A DNA stretch of 63,377 nucleotides, filler included, from a candidate division WOR-3 bacterium (GTDB taxonomy: Bacteria; SDB-A): assembly GCA_016934535.1 (NCBI GenBank). It is 5 parts of 5 records of this genome, joined end to end, with 100 filler letters (N's around TTAATTAATTAA, not from the genome) between each part and the next. Parts side by side here need not be neighbours in the genome. Positions count along the whole stretch, not along the records: positions 18,296 to 33,110 come from JAFGSQ010000074.1; 4 more parts are not named here. One strand, given 5' to 3'. A program made the position numbers and the translations under genes. Shown here piece by piece: positions 19,804 to 28,661 of this stretch; positions within the stretch are counted from its first letter, which is position 1, and the number at the start of each line of letters is the position of its first letter. The notes under the pieces are model-generated. The model did no database searches and had not been told where the DNA came from. It saw only the letters and a program-made list of their open reading frames with translations.

Positions 19804-20496
19804 ATGATAATACACACTGACAAAGAATACAGGGAGACAAAGCTGATAATGCTCGGCAGGAAGGAAATCAAACCTGAATTCAAGTCACTCGCCAAGTGGA
19901 TTGACGATAACTTTTGTGTTAAAACAATAAATATTTTTTTCGACACTATAGACGATGGAACGAGACCGAGACTCGGCATATTCTTTGAATGCACCGAAGA
20001 AGCGGACAGTTTTCACGAGAACGGCAGATTTTCCAACTACGACAGCATTAAGCAGAAAAGAATCGCCGACAAGTTCAGGCAGACACTTGAAAACACTGGA
20101 TTAATCGTTGATTTAAACAATCCGGAAACGGTAAAATATTCAACTGATAATGTTCTGGTATATACGAGCGCTTTTAGACCGATAGCAATGGCTGAAGCCA
20201 ACGAAAACATTCCACAGGAAAAAATTGAAGAACTTAAAAGACGGATTGACAATAAGGATTTATGGGAAATCTCGCGTTCATTTTCAAGAGTTACATTTTT
20301 TCTCTTCACCGACGAACATGTAAAAAAATATACCAACACAGAATCTGTAAAAAAATGGAAGGACAAGTATTATGAGCTCCTTACCCGATACGACGAATTC
20401 GGATATTTCAAGCGCGAAAACTTTTCAATAGACCTGGACAGCAAGGAAAATTTCGACAAGAATTTTCAAAGTAATTGGTACTATTACTACAAATAA
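19804..20496 (+). CDS. Hypothetical protein
   Basis: 230-aa ORF with plausible composition; no family recognised. Confidence 0.65.
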   Translation: MIIHTDKEYRETKLIMLGRKEIKPEFKSLAKWIDDNFCVKTINIFFDTIDDGTRPRLGIFFECTEEADSFHENGRFSNYDSIKQKRIADKFRQTLENTGLIVDLNNPETVKYSTDNVLVYTSAFRPIAMAEANENIPQEKIEELKRRIDNKDLWEISRSFSRVTFFLFTDEHVKKYTNTESVKKWKDKYYELLTRYDEFGYFKRENFSIDLDSKENFDKNFQSNWYYYYK

Positions 20497-20586
20497 AAAT
20501 GAGTTTATTCCGAAATTTATTCATTGGTCACAGTCACTTAAAGGATTTAAATACCATTTTTTTCCGGGGTAAAAAACATGAAAATA

Positions 20587-20760
20587 GCGGTATGTGTTTT
20601 GCCGCTCTCGACAGATTCTTTGAGTCCCGTCAAATTGAAACCAGCACCGAGATACCGAACAGCTCGGATCCAATGTTAAAAGAGCTTTTGAACCGGCAAA
20701 TCGCCACTTTCAGAAGAGGTCTGTGGTCAAAGGGGATTTTTTCCTGTAATATACGACAGA
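20587..20760 (+). pseudogene. Internally deleted paralog of 19115-19756
   Basis: GMCFAALDRFF...DP...RQI...W.K segment joined out of frame to GGATTTTTTCCTGTAATATACGACAGA, which matches the paralog's 3' end. Confidence 0.8.
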
Positions 20761-20858
20761 CCTATACCCTGTCCCCCAATTTTACAGTTTTTACAAGCGA
20801 TTGAGCCCCCGCTTTACGACATTTGACGTCTTAATGTATCGGTTTTATTATCATGTAA

Positions 20859-21842
20859 GTGAAAACTATGTGGGAAATCGAAAAAATAATCAACTTCGAA
20901 AAAGGTGAATACTATAAAGACGGCTATTCTTTCGTCTTCTTTGGACAAAACGGTTCAAAATTCTATTTCGACTACGAAAGTAATTGGGTCGGTCACATGG
21001 CCGACGACGGGCATTTCTTCTGGACTGCAGGAAAATATTTTCCATCAAATACAGAACACCATTATCATCTGGATATTCTTAATCCCCATTACATTACGGA
21101 TCAAAAAGACGCATCAATCCTGATTTCAGAGCAAAACGCCATTCACAGAATTAATCCTCTCTCAAAGACTGTAACAAAACTGATTGATTGTAGAAAATCG
21201 GGGATTGAAAGCGCTGGTAACTGTATTGTTGATTTTGACGGAGACATTTGGATAAATGACGTTACAGGTTGCAAAGTGTTTCGTTTTGATAAAGAAGGCA
21301 ATTTAATTGAAATTCTTGGCAGTGGAAAACCCGGATTCAGTAAAAATGACACGCCCTTTGAAACAGTAGAATTTAACTGGATCTACGACATCAGAAAAGG
21401 GGCTGACGGAAACATATATGTCCTCGACAGCAAAAATTATTCGCTCCGCATGATCGATAAAAAAAGGCGTTTGGTAAAATTGATCGCGGGAACTGGCGAA
21501 CCCGGTTATTCAGGCGATAATAACGACCCCAGATACGCGACATTTGGAGGAAATCCGGAAGAGTATTTTGATGGCCCATGGTCTTTGTCAATAGACGAAT
21601 CTAATAATATTTACATAGGTGACACACAAAATCATGTATTAAGGATGATAGACAGGAAGGCTAATATAATTATGTCAATCGCAGGCAATCCAAATGCAAT
21701 ATCAGGAAAAAGAAACAATCCAAATGAAAAAAATCCGCTGAAAATTAATTTACAAAAAATATGCAGTTTAGAATATTTCAATGAAAAACTTTATATCCCG
21801 GAATGGGACGGAGATCTGATCGTTCTCCAAAAATCCGAATAA
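20859..21842 (+). CDS. NHL-repeat-like beta-propeller protein
   Basis: Repeats DGDIWIND, DGNIYVLDSKNYSLR, NNIYIGDTQNHVLR; IAGTGEPGYSGD. Confidence 0.75.
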   Translation: MKTMWEIEKIINFEKGEYYKDGYSFVFFGQNGSKFYFDYESNWVGHMADDGHFFWTAGKYFPSNTEHHYHLDILNPHYITDQKDASILISEQNAIHRINPLSKTVTKLIDCRKSGIESAGNCIVDFDGDIWINDVTGCKVFRFDKEGNLIEILGSGKPGFSKNDTPFETVEFNWIYDIRKGADGNIYVLDSKNYSLRMIDKKRRLVKLIAGTGEPGYSGDNNDPRYATFGGNPEEYFDGPWSLSIDESNNIYIGDTQNHVLRMIDRKANIIMSIAGNPNAISGKRNNPNEKNPLKINLQKICSLEYFNEKLYIPEWDGDLIVLQKSE

Positions 21843-21955
21843 CAGCTATTATGAAACAAATAATTTCCCCATTTTAATAATTTTCATTTTGATGTAATTC
21901 ATTGGTAGAATGAAAAGATTATCTTAAAATATATTGCACAAAAGAATATAACAAA

Positions 21956-22657
21956 ATGCAAAATTTTTTGGTCGAAAAAATCATGCAGATCTGCAATGTT
22001 GAGAAATTTGAAGTTGGGTATGCGGATTTGGAGGGATTGCTGGATCCCATATGGAATAATTACAGATATGGAATATCCATAATGAGGAAACTCGACGACA
22101 AGATAATAGACGGGATTGTAAACGGACCGACAGAGGAATACTTCGATCATTACAATGAAGTCAATGAGGAATTAAATTTTGCGGCCGGCCAAATCGCGAA
22201 CCTTTTAAATAACAACGGAATAGAAGCGGTGCCGATAAAGGCTACGCTCGACGAAAGCGATCTGGATAAAAATTTCAGTAAAACTCTAAAGTATACGCTG
22301 TCACACAAAATGGTCGCAACGAGGGCAGGTCTCGGGTGGATCGGCAGAACGGATCTTTTAATATCGAAAAGGTTCGGCCCCAGAATCAGGATGGCTAGCG
22401 TTTTGACCGACAAGAAAATATCAGAAACAGGCGTGCCTATAGAAAAGAGTATGTGTGATAATTGTTGTTTGTGCGTCAAAAAATGCCCGGTCGGTGCTTC
22501 GACGGGAATGACTTGGAAAAAAGGGGTGGAAAGAGAGGAGTTCTATGACGCGTTCAAGTGCAGGGATTACGCGAGAAAGATATCAGGGGAAAGGATAAAT
22601 AAAGAGGTAAGTCTCTGCGGTATATGCTTCAGTGTGTGTCCGGTGGGGAGAAGATAA
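21956..22657 (+). CDS. QueG-like 4Fe-4S dicluster protein (epoxyqueuosine reductase family)
   Basis: HKMVATRAGLGWIG, FGPRIR, CxxCxxCxxxCP and CGICxxxCP motifs. Confidence 0.8.
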   Translation: MQNFLVEKIMQICNVEKFEVGYADLEGLLDPIWNNYRYGISIMRKLDDKIIDGIVNGPTEEYFDHYNEVNEELNFAAGQIANLLNNNGIEAVPIKATLDESDLDKNFSKTLKYTLSHKMVATRAGLGWIGRTDLLISKRFGPRIRMASVLTDKKISETGVPIEKSMCDNCCLCVKKCPVGASTGMTWKKGVEREEFYDAFKCRDYARKISGERINKEVSLCGICFSVCPVGRR

Positions 22658-23030
22658 CCACGAATTGACACTAATGTAAAAGAAAAATAAGATTGAACCG
22701 CGAATGAACGCGAATAGACACTAATGAAAAGTAATAAAGAAAATTTATCCACGAATCCGATTTTTCATCGTAGATGAAAATATCGTCGCGTTAATGAAGA
22801 AGAAAAGATATCCACCACGAAAGAAAAAATGAATACATTTTTTCTTCACGAAGGTTTAAAAAGTAATAAAGAAGATTTAACCACGAATTGACGCGAATGA
22901 ACGCGAAGAAGAAAAAAATATATCAACCACGAAGTTAAGATTCAAAATATCGTTACGCGAATAGACACTAATAAAAAGTAATAAAGAAGATTACCCCACG
23001 AATTGACCCGAATGAACGCGAAAAAAGAAT
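22656..23030 (+). repeat. CACGAA-family repeat array, locus 2 (seven units)
   Basis: Units begin at about 22656, 22696, 22747, 22813, 22879, 22925 and 22994 with CC(A/G)CGAA; internal motifs at 10-bp spacing; A-rich linkers. Confidence 0.85.
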
Positions 23031-23100
23031 AAAAATACTTACAATAATCTACCGCTGGTTTCCGTCTTTATTGTGTAAGGAAAAATCAACAGGAGAAATT

Positions 23101-23655
23101 ATGGAAAATGCGGACAGGAGAGTGTACTCTGTAGATCATGCCGGAGCTCTGGACACAAACTTACGGAAACTTGTTCATAATCCCAAAAGAATTCTCTGGC
23201 CGTACCTGGGGACAGGTATGACCGCGCTTGACCTGGGCTGCGGACCTGGATTTTTCACCTTGGAAATGGCAAAGATAGTGGGAAAAACAGGAAAAGTCAT
23301 TGCCGCCGATATTCAGGAAGGAATGCTCGAAAAACTCAGGGAAAAAATATCCGGGTCGGAATTCGAAGGAATGATTTGCCCATACAAATGTCCGGATGAC
23401 AGGATAGGTCTGAACGAAAAGGTCGATTTCGTCCTGATGTTCTGGATGCTCCATGAATCTGCAGATCCGGCAGGACTGATAAAAGAGGTAAAATCAATTC
23501 TGAACAAGTATGGGAGAATTCTGCTCTGTGAGCCTTTTTTTCACGTGTCAAAAAAGGATTTCAGAAAATCTCTGGACATGTTCAAGAACAGCGGATTTGT
23601 ATTTGTCGACGAACCAAAAGTATTCCTATGCAGGTCTGCGCTTCTAGAAGCATAG
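23101..23655 (+). CDS. Class I SAM-dependent methyltransferase
   Basis: LDLGCGPG motif I; AGGAG RBS before ATG 23101. Confidence 0.88.
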   Translation: MENADRRVYSVDHAGALDTNLRKLVHNPKRILWPYLGTGMTALDLGCGPGFFTLEMAKIVGKTGKVIAADIQEGMLEKLREKISGSEFEGMICPYKCPDDRIGLNEKVDFVLMFWMLHESADPAGLIKEVKSILNKYGRILLCEPFFHVSKKDFRKSLDMFKNSGFVFVDEPKVFLCRSALLEA

Positions 23656-23738
23656 ATCATCGTTTGACTCCCCCGCTCCTCTGTTTTAAAATACTGTTTT
23701 TAGCTCTGGATTTCGCTGTCAAACAGGAGGACCGGAAT

Positions 23739-24479
23739 ATGGAAGCACTGATGAAAGCTTACAACCGAGACCTGAAATCCTTGGATGAATTCTACTCTTT
23801 CCTCAACAAAGAAATCGAATACGAACCCGGTAAATCCACTTCGCTGGGAATAATCTACTGGGGCAGAACTGAACATATGCCTGATCTGAAAAAAGCCTGC
23901 GACAGGATAGCCTCAAACGGAACAAAGGACTTCTGCGCACTGCACGAAGCAGTCCGAACTCCTTCGAAGATGAGAAAGTTCGCAATCCTGAACAAACTCA
24001 ACGAAAAGATTCTCAAAATCCTCTCTCATGACTTGAACATGTGGATGCCCCAGAGAACTGAGTTGTCAGCTATTCCACTGCTCAGAGAAAACAAGGAGGA
24101 TCTTAAAAAGTTTTGCGACTACGGAATTGAGGACCAGATCTCGTTTCTGTCAGGCTATTTTAAAAAAACCAAGAGAAAGGATCTGGCAAAAGATTTGAAG
24201 ATAAAGCTGGACCAGATGAACGAATACATAAAAATCTGCGATTTTTTCAGAATGGGAGGAAAATTAGAAGCAATAAGACCCGTCATATTTTATAAAATGG
24301 GATACGATACTCATCAGAAATGGGCCAAGGCCAAACCGGCAATGGTTATAAAAAGATTTGATGAGTATATGAAAAAAAATAAAATGACAGGAAAATATTT
24401 AACGCCTTTTACAAAAGAAATAGTAAACACGATCGAATGGGCTAAAGTGCATCACGGATTGTTTAAAGTTGAATATTGA
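23739..24479 (+). CDS. Hypothetical protein (possible DUF4332-like C-terminus)
   Basis: GGAGG RBS; CDFFRMGG...FYKMGYDT segment resembles an HhH-like DUF4332 region. Confidence 0.55.
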   Translation: MEALMKAYNRDLKSLDEFYSFLNKEIEYEPGKSTSLGIIYWGRTEHMPDLKKACDRIASNGTKDFCALHEAVRTPSKMRKFAILNKLNEKILKILSHDLNMWMPQRTELSAIPLLRENKEDLKKFCDYGIEDQISFLSGYFKKTKRKDLAKDLKIKLDQMNEYIKICDFFRMGGKLEAIRPVIFYKMGYDTHQKWAKAKPAMVIKRFDEYMKKNKMTGKYLTPFTKEIVNTIEWAKVHHGLFKVEY

Positions 24480-24599
24480 AGATTGAATACATCTGATTCT
24501 GGTTTTTTAATATCTTGTCCTTCTTAATTCCACCCTTCGATTGTTTCAATTACTGTTTGTAGATCATTATCCTTAATATAAAATCTTTGTGAGTCAAAC

Positions 24600-26402
24600 C
24601 TAATGTTTGTGAGATATCTCCTTTTCGCAGGATCCGTCGATTGTACAGCGCTGCCAGTAACTCGTGTGCAGAAGTTTGTGTGATAACTCGCCCAGGGGTT
24701 CGCCGAGAAATTTCGCGTATATGCCTTTCGGGCTCATCACTGCGGGATTTTCGTGAGACTGTCTTTTTGCCATGCTCCGATCTTCGGCGTAAAGTCCTTC
24801 TCCTCTTCGCGCTTTTTTCGCCATTGTACTCCCCAGAGGTTGTCCTCCGCCTCCAACACACCCGCCTGGACAGGCCATTATCTCGATGAATGCATATTCG
24901 CTTTTACCGGTGTTCATTAACTGTTCGCGGATTTTTTCAAGAAGCTGACGCGCATTGCCGAGTCCATGTGCCACTGCGACCTTTATGTTCAATTCTCCGA
25001 AATCCCTCGTAGGAATTTTGAGGGACGCTTCTTTTATTCCCTCCTGACCTCTGACAGGTTTTATATCGAGGTCTTTCATGTTTTCCCCGGTAAGAAGATA
25101 CCACGCCGATCTAATGGCCGCTTCCATAACCCCTCCGGTGGCGCCGAAAATCGTCCCAGCACCTGTATACTGACCCATCAAATCATCAGCTTCGGCAGGT
25201 TTAATATTTTTAAAATCTATACCGGCCTCCCGTATCATTTTAACGAATTCTCTTGTAGTCAGGACGTAGTCGACGTCTTGAAATCCTGAGTCGCGCATTT
25301 CAGGTCTTTTAGCCTCAAATTTTTTTGCCGTGCATGGCATGATCGAAACGCTTACTATTTTTGAAGGGTCAATTCCGTACTCTTTTGCAAAATAAGTTTT
25401 GGAAAGCGCTCCGAACATCTGCTGGGGAGATTTGCACGTAGATATGTGTTGAGCATAATCAGGAAAAAAAGTCTCCATGAATTTTATCCAACCCGGAGAA
25501 CAGGAGGTTATCAGAGGAAGAGAGCCGCCTTCTTTTATTCTTTTTACGAGTTCAGATCCTTCCTCGAGAATAGTCAGATCGGCTGTGAAATTGGTATCGA
25601 ATACATAATCGAAACCGATTTTCTTTAAAGCGGCATACATCTTTCCCGGTGTTGCTTGTCCCGGCTCCATACCGAATTCTTCGGCGATTGAAACTCTAAC
25701 CGACGGAGCCTCCTGTACTATTACTGTTTTGTCCGGATCGAATATTGAATTCCAAACCTCCTCGATTTCAATTGATTCTCTTATCGCTCCTGTGGGGCAG
25801 ACAGCAGCGCACTGGCCGCAATTTACACATGTACTCTCCCCCAATCCCTTTTTGAAAAACGTGTTGACGTTGACTCCAAATCCTCTTTCCACAAAATGTA
25901 TCGCGCTCACCGTTTGAATTTCGTTGCAGACAGTAACGCATCTGCCGCATTGTATACATTTTTTTGGATCTCTTATTACCGAAACGCTTGATTCGTCCAA
26001 GTCCTCATTGGACTGGATTTTTGCGTATTTATTCGTATCAGCACCTAAAAGTTCTGATAGAGTTTGAAGTTCGCATTTGCCGTTGGCCGAACAGGAAGGA
26101 CAGGAAACGTCGTGATCTGACAAAATGAGTTCGAGCAGTGATTTTCTCATGCCTCTCAACTTCTTGGAGTTCGTCGTAATATTCATTCCATCTTCAGCGA
26201 GTGTACAGCAGGCTCTTTTCGGGACTTGTTGACCTTCAATTTCGACAACACACAAACCGCACGATCCCGAAGGTTTCAAATCTTCGTGATAACAAAGAGT
26301 CGGCACATAGATGCCGGCATTTTTCGCCGTTTCGAGTATAGTTTTTCCTTTTTCAGATATTATTTCTTTGTTGTCTATTATCAGTTTTATCAGTTCAGAC
26401 AT
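24600..26402 (-). CDS. hydA: [FeFe]-hydrogenase catalytic subunit (group A)
   Basis: H-cluster motifs ITSCSPGW, MPCTAKKFE, EIMACPGGCVGGGGQP; N-terminal 2Fe-2S, His-ligated 4Fe-4S and 2x4Fe-4S. Confidence 0.95.
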   Translation of the reverse strand: MSELIKLIIDNKEIISEKGKTILETAKNAGIYVPTLCYHEDLKPSGSCGLCVVEIEGQQVPKRACCTLAEDGMNITTNSKKLRGMRKSLLELILSDHDVSCPSCSANGKCELQTLSELLGADTNKYAKIQSNEDLDESSVSVIRDPKKCIQCGRCVTVCNEIQTVSAIHFVERGFGVNVNTFFKKGLGESTCVNCGQCAAVCPTGAIRESIEIEEVWNSIFDPDKTVIVQEAPSVRVSIAEEFGMEPGQATPGKMYAALKKIGFDYVFDTNFTADLTILEEGSELVKRIKEGGSLPLITSCSPGWIKFMETFFPDYAQHISTCKSPQQMFGALSKTYFAKEYGIDPSKIVSVSIMPCTAKKFEAKRPEMRDSGFQDVDYVLTTREFVKMIREAGIDFKNIKPAEADDLMGQYTGAGTIFGATGGVMEAAIRSAWYLLTGENMKDLDIKPVRGQEGIKEASLKIPTRDFGELNIKVAVAHGLGNARQLLEKIREQLMNTGKSEYAFIEIMACPGGCVGGGGQPLGSTMAKKARRGEGLYAEDRSMAKRQSHENPAVMSPKGIYAKFLGEPLGELSHKLLHTSYWQRCTIDGSCEKEISHKH

Positions 26403-28155
26403 TTTCCACCTCCACTGATTTCCGGAGTTTCTTTTCTCTCACTAACTCTTTACTGAAGTTTTGGACCGCACTTTTTACCGGATTTAATAGAGACTGGCCG
26501 AGAGGACATAAAGACATGCTCTTCATTAGCTCGCATATATCTATCATTTCATTCAATTCATTTTCTGTCTCGAATGTTTCCAAAAGTTCAACGAGCTGAC
26601 GCGTTCCGATTCTGCAAGGACTGCATTGTCCGCAGGATTCGTGGAGGAAAAATTCAAGGACTGCTCTGAGGTTTGTCAGTATCGAGGATTCTTCATCTAT
26701 AACGAGAACAGAACCCGAACCGAGAACGGCGCCGATTTCTTTGAGGCTTTCAAAATCCAAACTCACATTCAATTGCTTTTTTGTCAAATAAGTCCCGGAA
26801 GCACCACCGACGAGCGCTGATTTGAATTTCATTTCATCTTTCATTCCGCCTGCGTGTTCTATAATTTTTTTCAGAGTAGTTCCCATTTCAGCTTCGGTCA
26901 CGCACGGTTTTTGGACTTTTCCGGATACAGTGAAAAGTTTGGTTCCGCTGGATTTTTCGGTCCCCAGGGTTCTGAACCATTTCCCCCCGTATAGAACTAT
27001 TTCCGGAATGTTGAAAAAAGTCTCGACGTTGTTTATTAAAGCGGGATTTTCCCAAAGTCCGTATTCTGTCGGAAAAGGCGGTTTGATTCTGGGATTTCCT
27101 CTTTTACCTTCTATCGATTCAAGAAGCGCTGTCTCGTCTCCGCAGACATAAGCTCCGGCTCCTTTTCGCATTTCCATATCAAAATCAAAACCCGAGCCTA
27201 ATATATTTTTTCCGAGATAGTTTCTTTCGCGTGCTTTTCCTGCCGCATTGACAAGCTTTTCAAAAGAATGTTCGTATTCTCCCCTGACGTAAACATATCC
27301 CCTGCTTGCGCCGACAACGTATCCCGCAATTATCATTGCTTCAAGTATTTGCCGGGGATTGTTCTCCATCAATATCCTGTCTTTTGACGTTCCCGGTTCG
27401 CCTTCATCGGCATTACATATTATGTATTTTTCTTTTGAAGGATAGTTTTTTGCGCTTTCCCATTTCAAATATGCCGGAAATCCCGCTCCTCCTCTCCCTC
27501 TCAATCCTGATTCTTTCAGCTCCGATAATATTTTTTCGGGACTGATTTTTTCAGTGAATATTTTTTCCAGAGCTTCGAACTTAGCCGAATCATTCTCACC
27601 GACAGCTACTTTTTGAGGAAAACATTTTTCAAGTAGTATGTTTTTTCGACCAATTTTGCAGTCATGTATGCCTTTTTCGACAAAAGACGATTTTCTTTCG
27701 ATTTTTTCTTTCATGCCTGAAATAATCTCCGAAATCTTTTTCGGCGTGAGATTCCCGTGAGGCTTTCCGTTTATCATCAGGGCAGGAGCCATTTCGCACA
27801 AACCGAGACATGACGATTTTTCAAGAGTGAATAATCCGTCTTCTGTCGTCTCTCCCCATGCAATACCCAGGATTTTTTTTATCTCTTTTGAAATTTGAGT
27901 GGATCCCATGAGATCACATGAAGGTGAACCGCATATTCTTATTATGTATTTACCTCTCGGTTTGAAGCTGAACATGGAATAAAAAGAGGCAATCCCGTAG
28001 ACTTGACCGCAGGGTACGCCGATATGCTCCGCAACATCAATAAGGTCTTCCATTTTGAGACATTTGTCTTTACATGCGTTTTGTAAATCATGAAGAATAC
28101 TCAGAAGATTTTCTCTTGATTTTGAATATTTCTGCAGAATATCCGAAACTTTCAT
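26395..28155 (-). CDS. NuoE-NuoF (HydC-HydB) fusion diaphorase subunit
   Basis: ASFYSMF, CxxxxC...CxxxC (2Fe-2S); LRGRGGAGFP, NADEGEPGT, ESCGQCSPCRIG...SLCPLG; ends without a C-terminal 2x4Fe-4S domain. Confidence 0.9.
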   Translation of the reverse strand: MKVSDILQKYSKSRENLLSILHDLQNACKDKCLKMEDLIDVAEHIGVPCGQVYGIASFYSMFSFKPRGKYIIRICGSPSCDLMGSTQISKEIKKILGIAWGETTEDGLFTLEKSSCLGLCEMAPALMINGKPHGNLTPKKISEIISGMKEKIERKSSFVEKGIHDCKIGRKNILLEKCFPQKVAVGENDSAKFEALEKIFTEKISPEKILSELKESGLRGRGGAGFPAYLKWESAKNYPSKEKYIICNADEGEPGTSKDRILMENNPRQILEAMIIAGYVVGASRGYVYVRGEYEHSFEKLVNAAGKARERNYLGKNILGSGFDFDMEMRKGAGAYVCGDETALLESIEGKRGNPRIKPPFPTEYGLWENPALINNVETFFNIPEIVLYGGKWFRTLGTEKSSGTKLFTVSGKVQKPCVTEAEMGTTLKKIIEHAGGMKDEMKFKSALVGGASGTYLTKKQLNVSLDFESLKEIGAVLGSGSVLVIDEESSILTNLRAVLEFFLHESCGQCSPCRIGTRQLVELLETFETENELNEMIDICELMKSMSLCPLGQSLLNPVKSAVQNFSKELVREKKLRKSVEVENV

Positions 28156-28190
28156 AGACTTCTCCGATACATATTTTGATATTAATAATT

Positions 28191-28228
28191 CAAAAACGCG
28201 TACGTCATTAATGAACAGGCGCGGTTTT
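28191..28228 (-). terminator. Imperfect terminator-like hairpin in the hydrogenase leader
   Basis: Minus strand AAAACCGCGcctGTTCATTAATGACgtaCGCGTTTTTG. Confidence 0.45.
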
Positions 28229-28272
28229 AATCCGTCCGGGTTATGTCGAAATCACTGTCTATGAGCTGAGGA

Positions 28273-28308
28273 CTATGGGGGTTCTTTACAGATTCTTGCT
28301 TTGCTCAT
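28273..28308 (-). CDS. 11-aa leader ORF MSKARICKEPP
   Basis: ATG 6 nt after the AAAAGGAG RBS that forms the 3' strand of the riboswitch P1. Confidence 0.45.
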   Translation of the reverse strand: MSKARICKEPP

Positions 28309-28312
28309 TTTT

Positions 28313-28412
28313 TTCTCCTTTTCAAGTATGGAAGGCAGAACCGTTTCCAATCCCACCCTGTCGGTTTGCAGGCTTGGCAACCCTTGCTTTAGCACTGAAA
28401 ACTCGGAGTTTC
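28313..28412 (-). ncRNA. Moco RNA motif riboswitch, P3-less (tungsten-cofactor-associated) variant
   Basis: ACTCCGAG-P2(GTTTtCAG..CTAA..CTGcAAAC)-CGACAG-P4(GGTGGGATTG GAAA CGGTTCTGCC)-P5(TTC-CATACTT-GAA)-AAGGAG follows the Moco motif layout; no P3 stem. Confidence 0.82.
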
Positions 28413-28416
28413 GCGA

Positions 28417-28445
28417 ACTTTAACATCGATAATATTCATTGTCAA
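28417..28445 (-). promoter_or_regulatory. sigma70-type promoter of the riboswitch/hydrogenase transcript
   Basis: TTGACA-N17-TAAAGT with an extended -10 TG, just upstream of the aptamer. Confidence 0.7.
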
Positions 28446-28661
28446 GCTTTCTGAGTTTCTGTCGAAACGGATGTTATCAGATTCAAATATTTTATAATTT
28501 AATCATTAATTCAATTCCATGCTTTCTGAATATATACATTATCTGCTTAATATGATTTTTCTGATATATAATTTTTTTTTTGACACTCCAAGCTCTTCAG
28601 TTTTAAAATCTACCCGTACTCTTAACCCTAAAGATTAAAAAGAGTTCTGTAAGGAGTATTC

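Noticed and set aside
19240-20760. Diversity-generating retroelement TR/VR pair
   Set aside because: Differences between the copies are not confined to adenines, and no reverse transcriptase is present
22656-23030. CRISPR array
   Set aside because: Repeats are short and degenerate, unit lengths vary from about 40 to 70 nt, linkers themselves recur, and there are no cas genes
28155-28308. Stop-codon readthrough (Sec/Pyl) extending the diaphorase from the leader ATG
   Set aside because: In frame, but it needs both a TAG and a TGA read through; the downstream ATG has its own RBS and gives a complete NuoE-like N-terminus
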